DNA of 14,167 nt from Azolla caroliniana (lineage: Eukaryota; Plantae; Polypodiophyta). The notes under the pieces were generated by a model. The model saw nothing but the letters and a program-made list of their open reading frames with translations, had not been told where the DNA came from and did no database searches. The position numbers and the translations under genes are program-made. The DNA is taken from contig JBHGNT010000892.1 in assembly GCA_043228905.1 (NCBI GenBank), forward strand, positions 1 to 14,167. The letters run 5' to 3'. Of the stretch, positions 10,875-14,167 are shown piece after piece (the first letter of the stretch is position 1; each line of letters starts with the position of its first letter).

Positions 10875-11983
10875 GTACAACGACAGCTTGTGCATTGAAG
10901 ATGTTTAGAAACTGTGTTGCATTGGAGAAGGACCCTGCTCAAGTTAAGTTCATCAAAATGAGGATCACAGGAATCTGGGACTGTCCAGATCAGGATCAAG
11001 AAGTCGGAGCAAAACACATCAACGAGACAGAGATGTTCCAGATGACTTCACGAGAACCAATGGAACCAATTGATGAAGAAGCAGGGGAGCTGGTGGACCT
11101 GGAAGATGTAGCACAGTTTGACCATACATCAGATTCGGGAGAGCTTGGAGATGACACGAATGAAAACAATCTAGAACAATCAACGCCAGAGGAGCCTGCT
11201 CTGCCTAATTTGCTTATAGATTGATGTAGATGGCGTAATGTAAAAATTGAGGATTTTGAGGCATAATGTTCACCATCACTTCATATTATATTTGTATATG
11301 AGAACATCTGTAATTGTTTATCGTTTAATTAAATTCACCTGTTCATAATTTCCCTTTTTAATCATTATTGGAACCGTTGTTTGTATTTACATATAATTGG
11401 TCACCATGCTCTTCTTCAGTTTGAGATATTAACATGATATTGTAATTTCTCATTTCCGTTAGCATGACTGTATATGAAAAGGCGAATGTTTTTGATAATA
11501 AGAGGTTTTTAGTTACCTACGGTTCAAGTCTACTGGTTCCACATAGTATAAATGAATGTCGTACGTAATTGTTACTCTTACCAATTACATTGTCATGAAC
11601 TATATGACATTATACAATGAAACTATCGATATACCCGTCCAACAAGTGGGGTACGACTTTATTCCTAAACCCAAAACCACATATTTATAATTACGGTTTA
11701 TGTAGTTTTACTCTAGAATTTGAATATGGATACCAATTTTAGAACTTTATATTGAACCAAGTCTTCAATTGTGCTCCATGATATGCAAATTGACACGAAT
11801 GTGGACACATATACAATTTAGTAATTGCTAGGTTTTTTTTGTTCTATATTTAACCATCAAGTCGCAAAAGGGGTACGCATGCATCGTATATTTTCGATAT
11901 CGGGCTAAAATAGGGTACTTTTCTACATCTGGCCAGTGCCAAAAGAGAATACGACATATTACCTGTTTCAAATGACCCGGTGT

Positions 11984-12051
11984 TGGCTGGATTTTGTGGG
12001 TCCATTTAAACCACCGGCAATGCGAACCGGTAACCAATATGTAATTGTCGC
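11984..12051 (+). pseudogene. Ty3/gypsy integrase core N-terminal fragment (not in the ORF track)
   Basis: Manual translation WLDFVGPFKPPAMRTGNQYVIVA matches the gypsy integrase W-x-x-D-F-x-G-P...Y-I-I-V-A-x-D motif. It is cut by the copia LTR at 12052. Confidence 0.8.
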
Positions 12052-12756
12052 TGACGGGAACTAGTCGTTCCTTATGCTCAACGCTCGGCCACAACCGAGC
12101 TTAGAATCATACACAGAAAACGGGAAGTAAATGCACGACACAAAAGGGGAGAAAAGGTACATAGGATGTTTACGTGGAAAACCCCAAACTAGGGGAAAAA
12201 ACCACGACAGCCCACAAGCTGCAAACTATCACTATGTTGGAATGTACAAACAGTGAGTTCACGGAGGCAACGACCTCGTGCTCACGATCTTCGCCACAGG
12301 CGGCGGTTACAACAGAGGCAACGACCTCTTTCTCTCTCACACTCTCTGTACAGTTACGCACACTCTCTTGTCTTGCACCAACAAGAAATGACAACCACAA
12401 CAACAGTCATTAAAAGTTTGCCCTAAGTCATATTTATACTAATATGACTTTTCGGTTATTTACAAATATAGCTTTGATGGACTCTCAGAAACATATTTAC
12501 GAATATGTGTCTTCATCCGGTTCTCACCGGGTCTGCACCATCCGGTTCTCCGTAGCCGGGTACTCCTCATCCGGTCTTCACCGGGTCTGTATCATCTGGC
12601 TCTCAGTAGCCGGGTACTCCTCATCTGGTTCATACCGGGTCTGCATCATCCGGCTTTCCGTAGCCGGGTCCTCCTCATACGGTTTCGGCCTCGGCCGAGT
12701 TTGTTCATCGGCACTGTTCTTCTCCCTTCCCATCCGGAGGGACCTGTCTCCCAACA
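12052..12756 (-). repeat. 3' LTR of the second copia element (705 bp)
   Basis: Plus-strand termini TGACGGGA...TCCCAACA (6/8 inverted repeat). Minus-strand TATAAATA at 12431-12438. TTTACGTGGAAAACCC...GGGAAAAAACCACG at ~12169-12206 resembles plant copia U5 regions. The left boundary coincides with the break in the gypsy frame. Confidence 0.75.
12513..12684. repeat. Three and a partial fourth 54-bp tandem repeats in U3 of the second LTR
   Basis: Units start at 12513, 12567, 12621 and 12675 (TCATCCGGTT...TAGCCGGGTACTCC). Confidence 0.9.
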
Positions 12757-12758
12757 GA

Positions 12759-12767
12759 CTCCCCCTT
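12759..12767 (-). other. Polypurine tract AAGGGGGAG of the second copia element
   Basis: Overlaps the pol stop codon and lies 2 nt from the LTR TG. Confidence 0.85.
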
Positions 12768-13216
12768 CACTCCGGCATGGGGTGTCTTACCAGTCCGATT
12801 CTCTTCCGACATGCATCCAGCTTGTCGGGTATCAGCACTTTGGTCAGCATATCTGACCCGTTCTCGGTCGTGTGGATCTTCATCAGCGCGAACTCCTGGT
12901 CATCTACTCTTTCCCGGATCCAGTGATACCTCCGCTGGATATGCTTCGTCCGGGAATGGTAGGCCGCATTCTTAGCAAGGTGGATGGCACTTTGACTGTC
13001 GCAATAGAGTCGGTATTCATCTTGCCGGATACCGAGCTCTCCGATGAAGTCCTTCATCCATAAGATTTCCTTGCCGGCTTCCACAACCGCCATGTACTCC
13101 GCCTTTGTGGTTGACAATGCAACCGTCTTCTGCAGCCTCGACTGCCACGAAACAGCTCCCCCTGCATATGTCATTACATACCCGGATGTAGATTGGCTGG
13201 TATCCACATCAGCCGG
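12767..13216 (-). pseudogene. Copia RNase H fragment
   Basis: ADVDTSQSTSGYVMTYAGGAVSWQSRLQKTVALSTTKAEY...CDSQSAIHLAKN...KHIQRRYHWIRE...SDMLTK. The N-terminus of the track ORF (13217-13264) is antisense gypsy sequence. Confidence 0.92.
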
Positions 13217-13909
13217 CACAACGCACTCTGGGCTTACCGGACAACCCACAAAACAAGCATCCAAACCACACCGTTCCAGCTAGCATTCAGATTGGAGGCC
13301 GTCATACCGGTAGAGTTCCAGGTCCCGAGCTTATGGATTCAGATTAGGGAACAGTTAAACGAGAAGGAATCAGAGGCAATTCGGTTAGCAGCTCTATGTG
13401 AACTAGAAGAACACCGACTATCGAGTATCATGCACCTGGAACTGGAGCAACGACGAAGAAAGGTGTTTGTGGATCGCCACCGAAAAGGAAATGAAAAGAT
13501 GTTTGGAATCGGCAAGCCGGTACTAGTGTTCCAGACCTGGATGAGAAAGATGCCGGGGAAACTACGGTTTCGGTGGACCGGACTGTACTGGATCACATGC
13601 GAGTTCAATGGATCCTACCAATTAGGGACACTTGCTGGCGAAGTCCTGGGTAAGTGGGTCAACGGATTTCGACTAAAGACATACAAGGGACCCATGCCGA
13701 AGAACCCATTTGAACAAGGAAAGGTCGATGCCGAACCAGACACCGGAATACCGGAAACAACGGCAACCCGATTAGCAATCGGCAACAACGAAGCCGATAA
13801 GGGGGACAAAGACCCGGTAGACGGGTTGGATAAGAGGACAACAAACCGTCACGAGGCCGACAAGATTCCTCATTCGGGTAAGGGTCCGATAGGACTGGAG
13901 GCGAATTAA
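13217..13909 (+). pseudogene. Ty3/gypsy integrase C-terminal fragment (no chromodomain seen)
   Basis: HNALWAYRTTHKTSIQTTPFQLAF...EAVIPVEF and a degenerate GPY/F module GKLRFRWTGLYWI...VNGFRLKTY; stop at 13907-13909 followed by an A-rich tract. Confidence 0.88.
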
Positions 13910-14167
13910 CCTAACAATTGATAATAAAAAAAGAAAAAGAAAAAAGAAACGAAATGAATCAAAGAAATCATGCAAAGGAGTGGTGGGAACGGCCATGCAA
14001 ACGAGGAGTAAAGAGGCACTTCAAAAAGGTACGAGGGGGCTATGAATAGGGCATTAAACCATCGCCACATGGCACGTAATGCTATTATAGTACACGACCT
14101 GCACATGCGTTGTCGTGAAGATTTTCGGCAATAGTGTGAAAATCCCATAAAACGTACAAAATCGAGT

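Larger units (their letters stand above)
10104..11224 (+). pseudogene. Intron-containing beta-class DNA amino-methyltransferase (N6-adenine/N4-cytosine, N6_N4_Mtase-like), 5'-interrupted by the copia element, premature TAA at 10344-10346
   Basis: Exons ~10104-10405, 10495-10784 and 10875-11224 splice in frame to give YSVFNGEVSQMLELLPRRHYTLLIADIPYG...HSMG*SLSVTTALKSRCHATEHMHW/IKTN...NPYQKPQRLINRLIELFSNPDDWVLDLFSGTG/TTTACALKMFRNCVALEKD. Catalytic motif IV (DIPY, 10200-10211) precedes the SAM-binding motif I (FxGxG), which is beta-class order. Confidence 0.88.
12052..13216 (-). mobile_element. Truncated second Ty1/copia element (RNase H, PPT, 3' LTR), a different family from the first
   Basis: The minus strand reads RNase H, stop, AAGGGGGAG PPT, then TGTTGGGA LTR start. 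It is flanked on both sides by gypsy integrase sequence. Confidence 0.85.

Noticed and set aside
10104-11224. Bacterial contamination as the source of the methyltransferase
   Set aside because: Two spliceosomal introns interrupt conserved motifs, and the gene is contiguous with plant-type LTR elements.
11981-11986. TGTTGG as the end of the second LTR (perfect match to CCAACA at 12751-12756)
   Set aside because: The following bases encode a gypsy integrase motif up to 12051, so the boundary fits 12052 better.
12170-12926. ORFs 12170..12403, 12174..12413 and 12444..12926 as genes
   Set aside because: They lie wholly or mostly in LTR sequence, and the repeated peptide in the 160-aa ORF simply reflects the 54-bp DNA repeat.
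13910-14167. Gypsy PPT and 3' LTR start
   Set aside because: Purine-rich runs exist (e.g. GAGGGGG near 14033), but no boundary can be fixed without a second LTR copy.

Overview
Eukaryotic, most likely plant, transposon-rich DNA. 1-10103 (+) is a Tnt1/Tork-like Ty1/copia LTR retrotransposon whose 5' end lies outside the window. Its gag-pol has one premature TGA in RT. Its 3' ~2 kb (RT-RNaseH-PPT-LTR) occurs as four near-identical head-to-tail copies, each internal LTR ending at its terminal CA and joined directly to the start of the RT domain, with no PBS. The last LTR abuts a spliced gene (three exons, two GT-AG introns, 10104-11224) encoding a prokaryote-type beta-class N6-adenine/N4-cytosine DNA methyltransferase (DIPY ... 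NPYQKP ... DLFSGTGTT), which carries one premature stop and is split across three ORFs in the ORF track. After an AT-rich spacer comes a Ty3/gypsy integrase remnant (+) interrupted by a truncated second copia element (-; 705-bp LTR with 54-bp hairpin repeats, PPT, RNase H). All calls rest on manual motif reading; no database search was run.
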